Assembly (NCBI GenBank): GCA_041576815.1
Contig: JBFGKE010000007.1
Coordinates: forward strand, 43,311-107,310
Direction: 5' to 3'
Length of the DNA stretch: 64,000 nt
DNA from: Polyangiales bacterium
GTDB lineage: Bacteria; Myxococcota_A; Polyangia; Polyangiales; Houyiibacteriaceae
Shown one piece after another: positions 54,148 through 63,242 of this stretch. The notes beneath the pieces were generated by a model. That model was not told the origin of the DNA and did no database searches. It saw only the letters and a program-made list of their open reading frames with translations. The translations under genes and the position numbers were made by a program. Position 1 is the first letter of the stretch; every line of letters starts with the position of its first letter.

Positions 54148-54612
54148 ATGCGGTTCATCAAAGAGAGCCTGATTCATGCAACAGCCGAAACGGTGTTCGC
54201 ATTCCACGAGGCCCCCGACGCATTCGAGCGGCTCCAGCCGCCCTGGCAGACGAGCAAAGTCGTGCAGCCGCCTACGTCACTCGAGGTCGGAACGCGTGTG
54301 ATTCTCAAGATCAAGGTCGGCCCATTCTGGCAAACCATCGTGGCCGAGCACGTCGCCTACGAGCCTGGCAAGATGTTTGCCGACGAAATGATCGAGGGCC
54401 CATTCGCAAAGTGGCTTCACAAGCACATCGTCACACCCCGGGGTGAAAACCAATGCATCCTCACCGACGACATCGAATACGAGCTACCCCTCGGTGCGCT
54501 CGGCCGGACGCTTGGAGGCTGGTTTGCGCGTAAGAATCTCGAGCGGCTATTCGAGTTTCGTCACGAGGTGACCCGCAAATCGTGCGAGCAGGCCGGTACG
54601 AATCGGCAGTAG
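54148..54612 (+). CDS. SRPBCC (START/cyclase-dehydrase fold) family protein
   Basis: IHATAETVFAFHEAPDAFERLQPPW...GPFWQTIVAEHVAYEP..EGPFAKWLHKH is typical of the SRPBCC ligand-binding family. Confidence 0.75.
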   Translation: MRFIKESLIHATAETVFAFHEAPDAFERLQPPWQTSKVVQPPTSLEVGTRVILKIKVGPFWQTIVAEHVAYEPGKMFADEMIEGPFAKWLHKHIVTPRGENQCILTDDIEYELPLGALGRTLGGWFARKNLERLFEFRHEVTRKSCEQAGTNRQ

Positions 54613-54723
54613 GGAAGCCAGCCGAGATGATGTGCCGATGCAGGCACCCAAAACGCAGGAAGAGGCCGAAAAGATGCGCGGCGAGTGGATGCGGAAAATG
54701 AAGGAGATGCAGGAGCAGCAGCG

Positions 54724-55503
54724 CTAGCGCACGGCCGGCACGAGTCGAATCAGATGGGAAAAAGCCCCCCATCGATCTGCAAAATGCGCACGCCCCTTGG
54801 GCACGGCTTTGGCTTCGGCGTGCCAGCAGCGCGAAAGCACTAGGTGGACGTCTTGTCGTGGATAGGATTGCCCCGTGCGCGAGCGCATGTCCTTCGGAAG
54901 CTCCCACGCGCGAAGCCCGGCGAGGTCGGCCATTGCGCCTGCCTGAATGTAAAATCCCAAGGGGCTGCTTTCATATCGCAGGCCTGGGGTGATGTGAGAG
55001 CCGATCCCGGTCATCATTTGCAGCGCTTTGTCGCGGTCGAGGCGCGACCGCTCGGCGGCGGCCCGCGCTGATTCGCCGCTCTTCTTGGTGAAGCACACGT
55101 TCGGCTCGATGTGCTCGAGGCCGACGTCGTGAAGGAGAGACGCAGCGTGCAGGAGCTCGGGGTCGACCTGGGCACCGTCAATCTTCGCAAGCGCCGAGCC
55201 GAATACCCAGGTTCGATAACCATGGTTGAGAACGGGAAGCGACTGCAGCTCACGCGCCTCTTCGAGCGCGTGGCGGCAGAGCTGCGTGTCGGGTGGAGCC
55301 GGCCAGAGGTCATCCACGCTCAAAGAATGCCGAGGCGCGGCTCGGAGCGCGAGGCGCAACCGATCGACCACGAACTGGCCGAACGTCTTCATGAGTCCGG
55401 GTACGAGTGAAGCGCGCTCCGCCGCGCTGAGGTTGCCGTTCGTCTGAGCCAGCCAATCCCAGCTTCCGATGGCCGGCTTTACAGAAGAAATCGGCGCGCC
55501 CAT
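54724..55503 (-). CDS. HD-domain protein
   Basis: NHGYRTWVFGSALA...LHAASLLHDVGL (H...HD metal motif). Confidence 0.6.
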   Translation of the reverse strand: MGAPISSVKPAIGSWDWLAQTNGNLSAAERASLVPGLMKTFGQFVVDRLRLALRAAPRHSLSVDDLWPAPPDTQLCRHALEEARELQSLPVLNHGYRTWVFGSALAKIDGAQVDPELLHAASLLHDVGLEHIEPNVCFTKKSGESARAAAERSRLDRDKALQMMTGIGSHITPGLRYESSPLGFYIQAGAMADLAGLRAWELPKDMRSRTGQSYPRQDVHLVLSRCWHAEAKAVPKGRAHFADRWGAFSHLIRLVPAVR

Positions 55504-55552
55504 GTCGAGGTGATAGTGCGAAGACCATCCGGTTGCCAGGCTCTGACGAGGC

Positions 55553-56365
55553 TCAGTACGACCAGCCCACGATGACGTGGAAGTTGAGTGCGCGGTCGGC
55601 GCCGCTCCGTCCTTGCGCCGCGGCGGGCAACGCCGGCAGCGTGCCGCCAGGAAACCCGGAAAAATTCGACTTGAAGAAGTCGACAGAGAACCGCAACGCG
55701 TAGGCGAAACCGAGATCGAGTCGGCCGCCGAGCATCAGTCCCGCATCGAGCCCGAAGCCCTTCGTGCTCCCGAACGCTTCCTCGAGCTGACCGTACGAAA
55801 CCGGGAGCCGAAGCCCTGCGTCGACACGGAGGTAGAGCAACTTCGGGACGAAGTGCACCCGATAGACTGGACCAAGACGGAAGAACGAATAGCGGATCGA
55901 TGGAAGCGTCGCGTTTGCCTGGAGCTCCAGACGATCGAACCCGAATCCCACCAGCCCGCCCACCTCGTGCTTGGCGATGCGTCGTAGATAGCCGAGCTGG
56001 CCGAGCACTCGCCATGCTTTCGTGTCGAGCTTGATGTTCGAGCCTCGCGTTTCCGTATCGAGGTTTATTGCGAAGTCACCGTCCGCTTCGAGCGTTAAAC
56101 CGCGAAGTCCTTTGGTCGCGCTCGGGGCCCATGGACGGAGCTCCAGTCGAAACACGATGTCGAGGTAGACACCGGAGTCGTACGTGCGCGATGCAACACC
56201 GCCGGTGCCATCGTCGATCTCGATCTCGATGGTGCGAGCGCGGCCGCCAACCCCGGCGAAGAGCACGAAGATCGGCGCGTCTTGGGCCTCGGCCTTCTGT
56301 GCAAGCGCGCTCGTTGCGGTCAGCGAGAGACCCACGCACACGATCACGACCGCCGAAGCACGCAC
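55553..56365 (-). CDS. Outer-membrane beta-barrel protein (OmpA-N/porin-like small barrel)
   Basis: Signal peptide ...LTATSALAQKAEA. Alternating strands. C-terminal NFHVIVGWSY ends with an aromatic residue. Confidence 0.65.
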   Translation of the reverse strand: MRASAVVIVCVGLSLTATSALAQKAEAQDAPIFVLFAGVGGRARTIEIEIDDGTGGVASRTYDSGVYLDIVFRLELRPWAPSATKGLRGLTLEADGDFAINLDTETRGSNIKLDTKAWRVLGQLGYLRRIAKHEVGGLVGFGFDRLELQANATLPSIRYSFFRLGPVYRVHFVPKLLYLRVDAGLRLPVSYGQLEEAFGSTKGFGLDAGLMLGGRLDLGFAYALRFSVDFFKSNFSGFPGGTLPALPAAAQGRSGADRALNFHVIVGWSY

Positions 56366-56484
56366 CGCTTCAGACTACGGGACCGAATCACGCACCGCCA
56401 AAAAGGCTTTCATGATGTCGCCTTGCGCCGGACGCGTTGCCAGGGGCTGGAGACGCCCTATAGCCAGCGCGAGGAGGCGCGGTC

Positions 56485-57492
56485 ATGAAGGCAATGGTGG
56501 TGCGAGAAGCAGGTGGCCCCTTCGAGCTCGACGAGCGCGAGATCCCGAACCCGGGGCCCGGCGAGATTCGAATCAAGATCGAGGCGTGCGGCATTTGTCA
56601 CAGTGACGCATTCGTGAAGTTCGGACGATTTCCCGGCCTTCGGCTTCCACGGGCACCAGGGCATGAAGTGGCCGGCGTCGTCGACGGGCTCGGCGAGGGT
56701 GTCGACAACTTCAGCAAAGGAGAACGCGTCGGTGTCGGTTGGCACGGCGGCCATTGCTATCGCTGCGAGCCCTGCCGGCGGGGCGACTTCATCAACTGCC
56801 AGAGCCAAAAGGTTTGCGGGATCAGTTACGACGGCGGCTATCAAGAGTACATGGTGTGCCCATGGGAGGCAGCAGCGCGCATTCCCGATGAGCTCAGCGC
56901 CGTCGATGCCGCGCCCCTCCTCTGTGCCGGAATCACGACCTTCAACTCGCTACGCAATAGCGGTGCTCGACCGGGCGACGTCGTCGCCGTGCAGGGCATC
57001 GGTGGGCTTGGTCATCTCGCAGTTCAGTACGCGAGCCGCATGGGCTTTCACACGGTGGCGCTCTCGCGCGGCAAAGACAAAGAGGCTCTTGCGCGAAAGC
57101 TGGGCGCCCACGAGTACATCGACTCGAGCGCGCAAGACGAAGTCGAAGAGCTTCGAAAGCTGGGTGGCGCCGACTTGATCCTCGCGACCGCGCCCAGTGG
57201 CAAAGCGATCGAAAGCGTCATCAACGGCCTGAGCGGCCGGGGCAAGCTGATGGTCGTGGCAGCAGCGCCGGATCCGTTTTCGGTGAATGCCTTCGGCCTG
57301 CTGTCAGGCAAGATGATCCACGGCTGGCCGAGCGGCACTGCCGTCGAAAGCGAGGACACGATGCGTTTTTCGGCCTTGGCCGACGTGCGGCCCCAGATCG
57401 AACGCTTCCCGCTCGAAGGCGCGAACGAGGCGTTTGCCAAGGTGATGGAAAACACCATCCGCTTCCGCGCGGTCCTCGACATTGCCGGCTGA
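56485..57492 (+). CDS. Zinc-dependent alcohol dehydrogenase (MDR family)
   Basis: EACGICHSD (catalytic Zn), GHEVAGVV, the CYRCEPCRRGDFINC structural Zn loop, and VQGIGGLGH Rossmann motif. Confidence 0.9.
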   Translation: MKAMVVREAGGPFELDEREIPNPGPGEIRIKIEACGICHSDAFVKFGRFPGLRLPRAPGHEVAGVVDGLGEGVDNFSKGERVGVGWHGGHCYRCEPCRRGDFINCQSQKVCGISYDGGYQEYMVCPWEAAARIPDELSAVDAAPLLCAGITTFNSLRNSGARPGDVVAVQGIGGLGHLAVQYASRMGFHTVALSRGKDKEALARKLGAHEYIDSSAQDEVEELRKLGGADLILATAPSGKAIESVINGLSGRGKLMVVAAAPDPFSVNAFGLLSGKMIHGWPSGTAVESEDTMRFSALADVRPQIERFPLEGANEAFAKVMENTIRFRAVLDIAG

Positions 57493-57506
57493 GGCGCCGT
57501 GAGCGA

Positions 57507-58223
57507 TCACTGCTCGACGCAATAAAGCCGGAGGAACGTCGAGCACCGTGGCGTGATGTTCTCCGTCCAGGTGAGGGTCGTCGATGCGCTGGCGCCGCAC
57601 AGCCCGATATTCGCCGCATTTTCCGTAGTGAAGCCCGCGCAGTCGTCGGTCAGAAACGATGCACCCGTGGCGAGCGTACCCGTCCAGACGTCTCCGGTGC
57701 GGCTGACCCCATTCGCGTCCAAGTCGATGGGCGCCATGATCGAGCCGTCGACCAAGTCATCCCAGTCGTTGGCCACCGTCGTACCGTCCACGAGGATATA
57801 GGGCTCTGCCGAACGCGCGAGCCGGTCGGCGACGGCAGACGTGCTCGTCGAAAGCCACGCACGGAACTCGCCGTCGAGACCGGCGGCCGTCGCCTGCGCG
57901 GCGCAAAGCGCATCTGCTCCGTCGATGCCACCCAAGTCGGCGGTCTGCACCGTATCCGTGATGAACATCCGGCGTGCCGACGCTCCCCCCATACCGCCAA
58001 CGCCACCCATACCGCCAACGCCGCCGTTGCCCCCAACGCCGCCCGCACCAGCACCACCGCTCCCGCCACCTTGTCCGCCAATACCGGAGTCCACCCCCGC
58101 ATCGACTCCAGCGTCAGAACCCGAACATGCCAAAACCAGCGCGAAAAAAAAGGGGACCGTCCCCTTTGTCCAGGAACGGTTCTGGAAAAGGGGACGGTCC
58201 CCTTTTTTTAGTCTGTTTCGCAT
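57507..58223 (-). CDS. Lipoprotein with Gly-rich linker and Cys-containing C-terminal domain ending LYCVEQ (DUF1554-like, tentative)
   Basis: ATG at 58223 gives MRNRLKKGDRPLFQNRSWTKGTVPFFFALVLACSG (lipobox LVLAC). There is no start codon between the repeats and the lipobox. G/C-rich third positions. Confidence 0.6.
   Translation of the reverse strand: MRNRLKKGDRPLFQNRSWTKGTVPFFFALVLACSGSDAGVDAGVDSGIGGQGGGSGGAGAGGVGGNGGVGGMGGVGGMGGASARRMFITDTVQTADLGGIDGADALCAAQATAAGLDGEFRAWLSTSTSAVADRLARSAEPYILVDGTTVANDWDDLVDGSIMAPIDLDANGVSRTGDVWTGTLATGASFLTDDCAGFTTENAANIGLCGASASTTLTWTENITPRCSTFLRLYCVEQ
58144..58209. repeat. Composite 66-nt palindrome containing two copies of the GGGGAC-N-GTCCCC element
   Basis: A8-GGGGACCGTCCCC (58152-58164)-TTTGTCCAGGAACGGTTCTGGAAAA-GGGGACGGTCCCC (58190-58202)-T7. 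The two halves are reverse complements apart from two 1-nt indels. Confidence 0.9.
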
Positions 58224-58260
58224 GCGGGGGGCTTCGCATGGATTGGGGGGTTGAACAAGG

Positions 58261-59025
58261 TTAGTGGGCGTTTTCAAAGGCGCTGCGGACGTCGAACTCG
58301 AGGCCTAGGGTTTCGAGCACGTCGTATAAGCAGACCAAATAGATGCCGAGGGCCAGAAAATTTCGGTGGAGGGCCACGCCCTGATCGCGGCAGGCCACGA
58401 ACGTGTCGTGGAAGCTCGCGTGAAAGGCGCTCGTCTCGAAGCGAACGCTTCTCTGGTCGCCGCTGCCGAGATGATTTCGGAGCGCATCACCGGAATCCTG
58501 GAGATTCAGCTGTTCCAATCCGTGCGCGAAGCGGGCGTCGTCGTCGAGATAGAACCCCGCGTATAGGTTACGAACCCCGTCGAGGAACTCGGGTTGCCAT
58601 TGCACGTAAAAAGCGCGCGGTTGCCACGCGAGCGTATTCCCGTCGGTCAGGCCAAAAGCCTCGGTGCGAAGGTCCAAGAGCGCGACGTCGCCCGCGAAGA
58701 TCTGCGCGAAGTAGATCTCTAGAATGCGGTGGCCTGCCTGCCGCTTTTCCCCGTCGGTGAGATCGGGCGCAGAGAGGCGTCGATTCGACTGTTCCGCCTC
58801 GAGGTCGACCTCGACACCGCGTGCCTGAAGCGAGCTCGCGATTTGGTCGCGTACGGCAGCAAACCGATCCGAGCTCGAGCCGTTGGCGATGAACTCCTTG
58901 CCCTGCGCGATGAGCGCCCGCATCGGCATGACGTCGAAGAGCGCGGGCGACGCGTAGTCGATGAACTGCGACCAGGAGGTCCCTTTCGCAGCGCGGCGGA
59001 TCATGTGGCGAACGCCTTTGGCCAT
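58261..59025 (-). CDS. Hypothetical protein
   Basis: 254-aa ORF with non-shadow composition (balanced D/E/K, G/C third positions). No motif recognised. Confidence 0.5.
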   Translation of the reverse strand: MAKGVRHMIRRAAKGTSWSQFIDYASPALFDVMPMRALIAQGKEFIANGSSSDRFAAVRDQIASSLQARGVEVDLEAEQSNRRLSAPDLTDGEKRQAGHRILEIYFAQIFAGDVALLDLRTEAFGLTDGNTLAWQPRAFYVQWQPEFLDGVRNLYAGFYLDDDARFAHGLEQLNLQDSGDALRNHLGSGDQRSVRFETSAFHASFHDTFVACRDQGVALHRNFLALGIYLVCLYDVLETLGLEFDVRSAFENAH

Positions 59026-59407
59026 TGCGAAGGAATAGGGCTCAGGCCGAAACCCGCCAGGCGGGCCGAGGATGCAAGGTCTGGCGGGCGCGGCTGTCCA
59101 GGACAGTCGCTGCGCAAGAAAGCCCGTGATTGTTCACTTTTCCAGGGGTTCGGGCGAACCTTTTCGACCGACACCCTCGTCCCTTGCAGCTTCGCGTACC
59201 GCGCCTCGAAGATCCCGAGCCCCGCAAACGTCGTCCTCGGGCTCTCGCGCCAGCTCGAAAGGTGCTCGCGACCTGATCGCGCAATCTACTGCCGATCGCC
59301 GTAGGGCTAGCGGCCTACGCGCTGTTCCTCTACTACCATCACTCACTTTTCGGCTGCTCGGTGCTTCCCTACTGGAACGCGCTTTGGGCCTAGCGCTGGA
59401 GCGACAG

Positions 59408-60379
59408 ATGAAAGCAATTCAAGTTCGAGAGTTCGGCGACCCTTCGGCGCTCACCGTGAGCGACGTCGATGATCGGGCGCCCGGCCCGCATGAGGTCAAG
59501 CTTCGTGTCCACGGCGTCGGCGTCGGTTACTTCGACGGCCTGCTCATCAAAGGCGAGTACCAGATCAAGCCACCACTTCCCTTCACGCCCGGAAGCTCAC
59601 TTTCGGGGGTGGTCGACGCGGTCGGCAGTCAGGTCACGCACGTGAGCCCCGGCGATCACGTCGCGGGCTTTTCTCTGCTCGGTGGCCTCGCCGAGTACGC
59701 GTGCCTGCCGGGCAACTTCATCTTCAAGATCCCTGAATCAATTCCACTCGATCATGCCGCCAACTTCTTCATCGCATACTCCACGGCGGTCCTGGGCTTG
59801 AAGGAGCTTGCCGGCCTCGAGGAAGGACAAAGCGTGCTGGTCCTCGGGGCAGCCGGAACCACGGGCACCACCGCCATCGAAGTCGCACGCGCACTCGGCG
59901 CGAGAGTCATCGCCTGCGCCTCCACCGAAGAGAAACGCGCGCACTGCCTCTCGATGGGCGCCGAGGCAGCCATCGACTACACCGAGCCCGACTGGCGCAA
60001 AGCGGCGAAAGCCGCGGCAGGCGGGCAAGGGATCGACGTGGTCTACGATCCCATCGGTGGGGACTTCGCCGAGCCGGCGCTCCGAACACTCGCCCCCTAC
60101 GGCCGCTACTTGGTCGTCGGTTTCGTCGCAGGGATCGCTCGCGTGCCGCTCAACCTGCCGCTCATCAAGCGGTGCTCGATCCACGGCGTCAACTGGGGCG
60201 GCGAGGTCTTCGCAAATCCCGCCATCGTTCAACCCGTGATCGACCAAATCGTGGCGTGGGCCGAGAGCGGAGCACTGCAATCGGAGCCCGACGCGGTCTA
60301 TCCCCTGGAGCGCGCCGGCGAGGCGTTCGCGACCCTCTTCGGCAGAAGCTCGACGGGTAAGATCCTCATCCGGTGCTGA
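59408..60379 (+). CDS. NADPH:quinone oxidoreductase (zeta-crystallin-like MDR)
   Basis: MKAIQVREFGDPSALTV, PFTPGSSLSGVV, and VLVLGAAGTTGTTAIEVA Rossmann motif. ATG at 59408 chosen over the track start at 59072. Confidence 0.85.
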   Translation: MKAIQVREFGDPSALTVSDVDDRAPGPHEVKLRVHGVGVGYFDGLLIKGEYQIKPPLPFTPGSSLSGVVDAVGSQVTHVSPGDHVAGFSLLGGLAEYACLPGNFIFKIPESIPLDHAANFFIAYSTAVLGLKELAGLEEGQSVLVLGAAGTTGTTAIEVARALGARVIACASTEEKRAHCLSMGAEAAIDYTEPDWRKAAKAAAGGQGIDVVYDPIGGDFAEPALRTLAPYGRYLVVGFVAGIARVPLNLPLIKRCSIHGVNWGGEVFANPAIVQPVIDQIVAWAESGALQSEPDAVYPLERAGEAFATLFGRSSTGKILIRC

Positions 60380-60385
60380 GCCTCG

Positions 60386-60814
60386 CTAGTCGTCGCCGCG
60401 AACCGGAGCGCGCCTTTTCTTTTTCTCGCTCTGGCGACGTTTCGCATCGAGCCGCCGGCGCCTTTGCCCCTTGCTGGGTTTCGTCGCCACACGCCGTTTC
60501 GGTTCGACGAGCGACTTGAGAATCAAACGGCGTAGAGAGGCGCGCGCACGCTCGAGGTTCTGACTCTGCGAACGCTCCGCCTGCGCAGTGACGCGTAGCC
60601 CTCCATCGGCATCGAGGCGGTTTCCGGCCAACTTGCGGAGGCGTCGCTTCTGAGTCGCCGTCAGAGCGCGCGTTCCATCGAGGTCGAATCGGATCACGAC
60701 CTTGGTCGCGGTCTTGTTGACGTGTTGACCGCCCGGCCCGGACGAACGAACGGCGCTCCACGAAAGATCTCGACCCGGAATGGTCACCCGGTCGTTGATC
60801 GGTAGCATCTTCAT
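60386..60814 (-). CDS. arfB: Alternative ribosome-rescue factor ArfB (peptidyl-tRNA hydrolase, GGQ class)
   Basis: RSSGPGGQHVNKTATKV GGQ motif, ~140 aa, and a basic C-terminal tail KPSKGQRRRRLDAKRRQSEKKKRR. Confidence 0.9.
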   Translation of the reverse strand: MKMLPINDRVTIPGRDLSWSAVRSSGPGGQHVNKTATKVVIRFDLDGTRALTATQKRRLRKLAGNRLDADGGLRVTAQAERSQSQNLERARASLRRLILKSLVEPKRRVATKPSKGQRRRRLDAKRRQSEKKKRRAPVRGDD

Positions 60815-60829
60815 CGATTCACGCTCTGC

Positions 60830-61282
60830 TCAACCGAGCGACTCGATCCGAAGCCGCGTGAGCTTCAGCTTGCTGATGCGCCACCGGCCGTCCTCCTTGC
60901 GGTACTCCTCGTGATAGTGGCCGTAGCCGCGAATGCCGGTCGATGGTTTGAACTCGACGATGTCGAACATCGCCCAGGTCCCACTGGCCTCGGTTGGGCT
61001 TTGAAGCTCGATCTCGGGCATGTGCCCGTGGTGCACCGTCACCGCTTTACCGACGGCTTTGCGAATGAAGTCGACCACGTTCGCACGGCCTCGAATCGAG
61101 CTTCCAGGTGCGTTCGCGTCGTGCGAGACGTCGACGACGACGTCGTCGGTGAACACCCGCGAGAACGGAAGCCACTGCTTGGTGTCCATCAGCCGGAAGT
61201 AGCGCGCCTTGAGCTGTTTGATCGCCTCGATTTCGAGGAGCTGCTCGGCAGGAGAAAGCTCGTGCTCCGCTGAATCGCCCAT
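60830..61282 (-). CDS. SnoaL-like / NTF2-fold protein
   Basis: LEIEAIKQLKARYFRLMDTKQW..FSRVFTDDVVVD...YHEEYRKEDGRWRISKLKLTRL is the typical SnoaL_4 layout. ATG at 61282 is preferred, 61321 is possible. Confidence 0.7.
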   Translation of the reverse strand: MGDSAEHELSPAEQLLEIEAIKQLKARYFRLMDTKQWLPFSRVFTDDVVVDVSHDANAPGSSIRGRANVVDFIRKAVGKAVTVHHGHMPEIELQSPTEASGTWAMFDIVEFKPSTGIRGYGHYHEEYRKEDGRWRISKLKLTRLRIESLG

Positions 61283-61578
61283 GGACCCAAGAATATCCGA
61301 GCACGCCGATTCTGTGCGCATGTCCGCCGAATGGGTGAATCATGGGCAACGCACGACACCAAGGGCAGCGCGCTAGCACCTCGAAATTGCAGCTCGATTC
61401 CGGGAAGCGCGCGCAATGGCAAATCGCGATGAACAAATCGCCCGCTCCGCCGTCTACCACCGCGTCGGGAACCCGCCGCGGGTGCATCGCTGCGCACGCC
61501 GTGTTCCGCGACAGCCCGCGATCGTGTTATAGGACCGGGCTTTTCTCTGCAACCTCTGCGAAGTCGAAGGAGAAAAAC

Positions 61579-61986
61579 ATGGGATACAAGATCGATGTCA
61601 TCGAAGGTGTGGGTCCGAGCTTTGCCGAAAAGCTCGCTGCAACCGGGATCAAGACCACGGACGACCTTCTCGCGAAGTGCGCTGGCGCGACCGGGAGGAA
61701 AGCCGTCGCCGCGGCGACGGGAATTGGCGAGTCGAACATTTTGAAGTGGTCCAACCACGCCGACCTGATGCGCATCAAAGGTATTGGAGGCGAGTACGCC
61801 GAATTGTTGGAGGCGAGCGGGGTCGATACCGTCAAGGAGCTTCGTACTCGCAGCGCAGAAAACCTCGCTGCGAAGATGTCGGAAGTCAACCGAGTCGAAA
61901 AACGAACGCGAAGCGTGCCCGGCCCACTGGTCGTCGCGAAGTGGATCGACCAGGCCAAGAGGCTAGACCCGGTGATCAGTCACTGA
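61579..61986 (+). CDS. DUF4332 (helix-hairpin-helix repeat) protein
   Basis: AAGGAG precedes ATG 61579. IDVIEGVGPSFAEKLAATGIKTTDDLL and MRIKGIGGEYAELLEASGVDTVKEL repeats. Confidence 0.75.
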   Translation: MGYKIDVIEGVGPSFAEKLAATGIKTTDDLLAKCAGATGRKAVAAATGIGESNILKWSNHADLMRIKGIGGEYAELLEASGVDTVKELRTRSAENLAAKMSEVNRVEKRTRSVPGPLVVAKWIDQAKRLDPVISH

Positions 61987-62045
61987 CGCTGCGCGTGAAC
62001 GAGCGCCAAGCGTCTGGATAGCGGCATTCGAAAGGAGAGGGTGCG

Positions 62046-63224
62046 ATGAAGGAGCTCACAGACAAACTCACGGAATGGTTCGGCCCGGCGTGGTCGAGCG
62101 GCCTCGGCCATGCGCTGATCGGGTTGGCGATACTCATCGTCGGCCTTTTCGTCGTACGGCTGGCGACGGACCTGCTCAAGAAGCTGCTCACCAGGGTCCC
62201 GGCGCTGCACCGAACGGAGGACGACGGCACGGTGACGGACTTCGTCACGCCGATCGCGTCGCTGGTCAAGGCAGTGCTCACGATCCTCGTGCTGATCGCG
62301 GTGCTGGAGCACTTCGGGCTGACGAACGTTCTCGAGCCGCTGAACTCGATGATGAGCGAGTTCGCCGCCGCGGTGCCGAACATCATCGGCGCGGGTGTCA
62401 TCGCCTATGCTGGATGGATCATCGCCAAGGTGCTGTCCCAGCTTGCAGGCGTCGCCCTGAAAAAAGTCGATGAGAGGCTGGTGGAGCGCACCGGGAACGA
62501 GCAGCTGAGCATCGCCGGGTTCGGTCAGGCACTGATCTTCGCGGTCATTTTGCTCCCGATCATCGTGTCCGCGCTCGGTGTGTTGGACATCCCCGCAATT
62601 TCGGTGCCGGCCTCGGCCATGATCGCGAAGCTCATGGACGCCGTCCCGAACATCGTGGGCGCGGCGATCATCTTGCTGGTGGTCTACGTGGCGGCGAGGT
62701 TCGTTATCTACGTCTTGAATGGGCTCTTGGAAGGCATGAGCTTCGACGCCCTGCCAGAGAAGCTCGGGATCGACGCACTCTTCAGCGAGTCGTTTACGCC
62801 AACGAAGCTCGTCGGCATTGCGATCATGTTCTTCTCGATGCTCGCAGCCGCGGTGGCAGCGGTCGACGTGCTCAACATCGACGTCGTCTCTAGCGTTTTT
62901 GCCAACGTTCTCGAGTTTGGAGCCGGGCTGCTCGTCGGCGGCTTGATCCTGATCATCGGCAACTTCCTCGGCAACTTGGCGTACACGAAGCTGACGGATC
63001 ACGGCAGCGCAGGCCTCGCCAACATCGCGCGCATCGCGATCCTCGGCCTGGTGCTCGCGATGGGTCTCAAGGCGATGGGTCTGGCGGACAACATCGTCAG
63101 CATGGCCTTCGGCTTCACCCTCGGTAGCGTGGCGGTCGCCGCAGCGCTTGCGTTCGGGCTCGGCGGTCGCGATGCAGCCAAGTCAATCGCGGACGACTGG
63201 GCGAGGAAAATCAAACAGCCGTAG
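62046..63224 (+). CDS. Membrane protein with repeated conserved-TM-helix modules (mechanosensitive-channel-associated TM_helix type)
   Basis: Repeated units of the form ...VPNI(I/V)GA.II....(W/Y)I.AK/R (AAVPNIIGAGVIAYAGWIIAKVL, DAVPNIVGAAIILLVVYVAARFV, LLVGGLILIIGNFLGNLAY). Confidence 0.65.
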   Translation: MKELTDKLTEWFGPAWSSGLGHALIGLAILIVGLFVVRLATDLLKKLLTRVPALHRTEDDGTVTDFVTPIASLVKAVLTILVLIAVLEHFGLTNVLEPLNSMMSEFAAAVPNIIGAGVIAYAGWIIAKVLSQLAGVALKKVDERLVERTGNEQLSIAGFGQALIFAVILLPIIVSALGVLDIPAISVPASAMIAKLMDAVPNIVGAAIILLVVYVAARFVIYVLNGLLEGMSFDALPEKLGIDALFSESFTPTKLVGIAIMFFSMLAAAVAAVDVLNIDVVSSVFANVLEFGAGLLVGGLILIIGNFLGNLAYTKLTDHGSAGLANIARIAILGLVLAMGLKAMGLADNIVSMAFGFTLGSVAVAAALAFGLGGRDAAKSIADDWARKIKQP

Positions 63225-63242
63225 GCGTGGTCGTCCGGCGCC

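Noticed and set aside
54638-54727. 29-aa charged ORF (MQAPKTQEEAEKMRGEWMRKMKEMQEQQR) between the SRPBCC and HD genes
   Set aside because: No SD, very short, and overlaps the stop of the convergent HD gene. It cannot be supported without conservation or expression data.
59277-59393. Hydrophobic reading frame (..PIAVGLAAYALFLYYHHSLFGCSVLPYWNALWA*) in the 59-kb spacer
   Set aside because: No ATG, GTG or TTG start lies between the upstream in-frame TGA (59274-59276) and the hydrophobic stretch.
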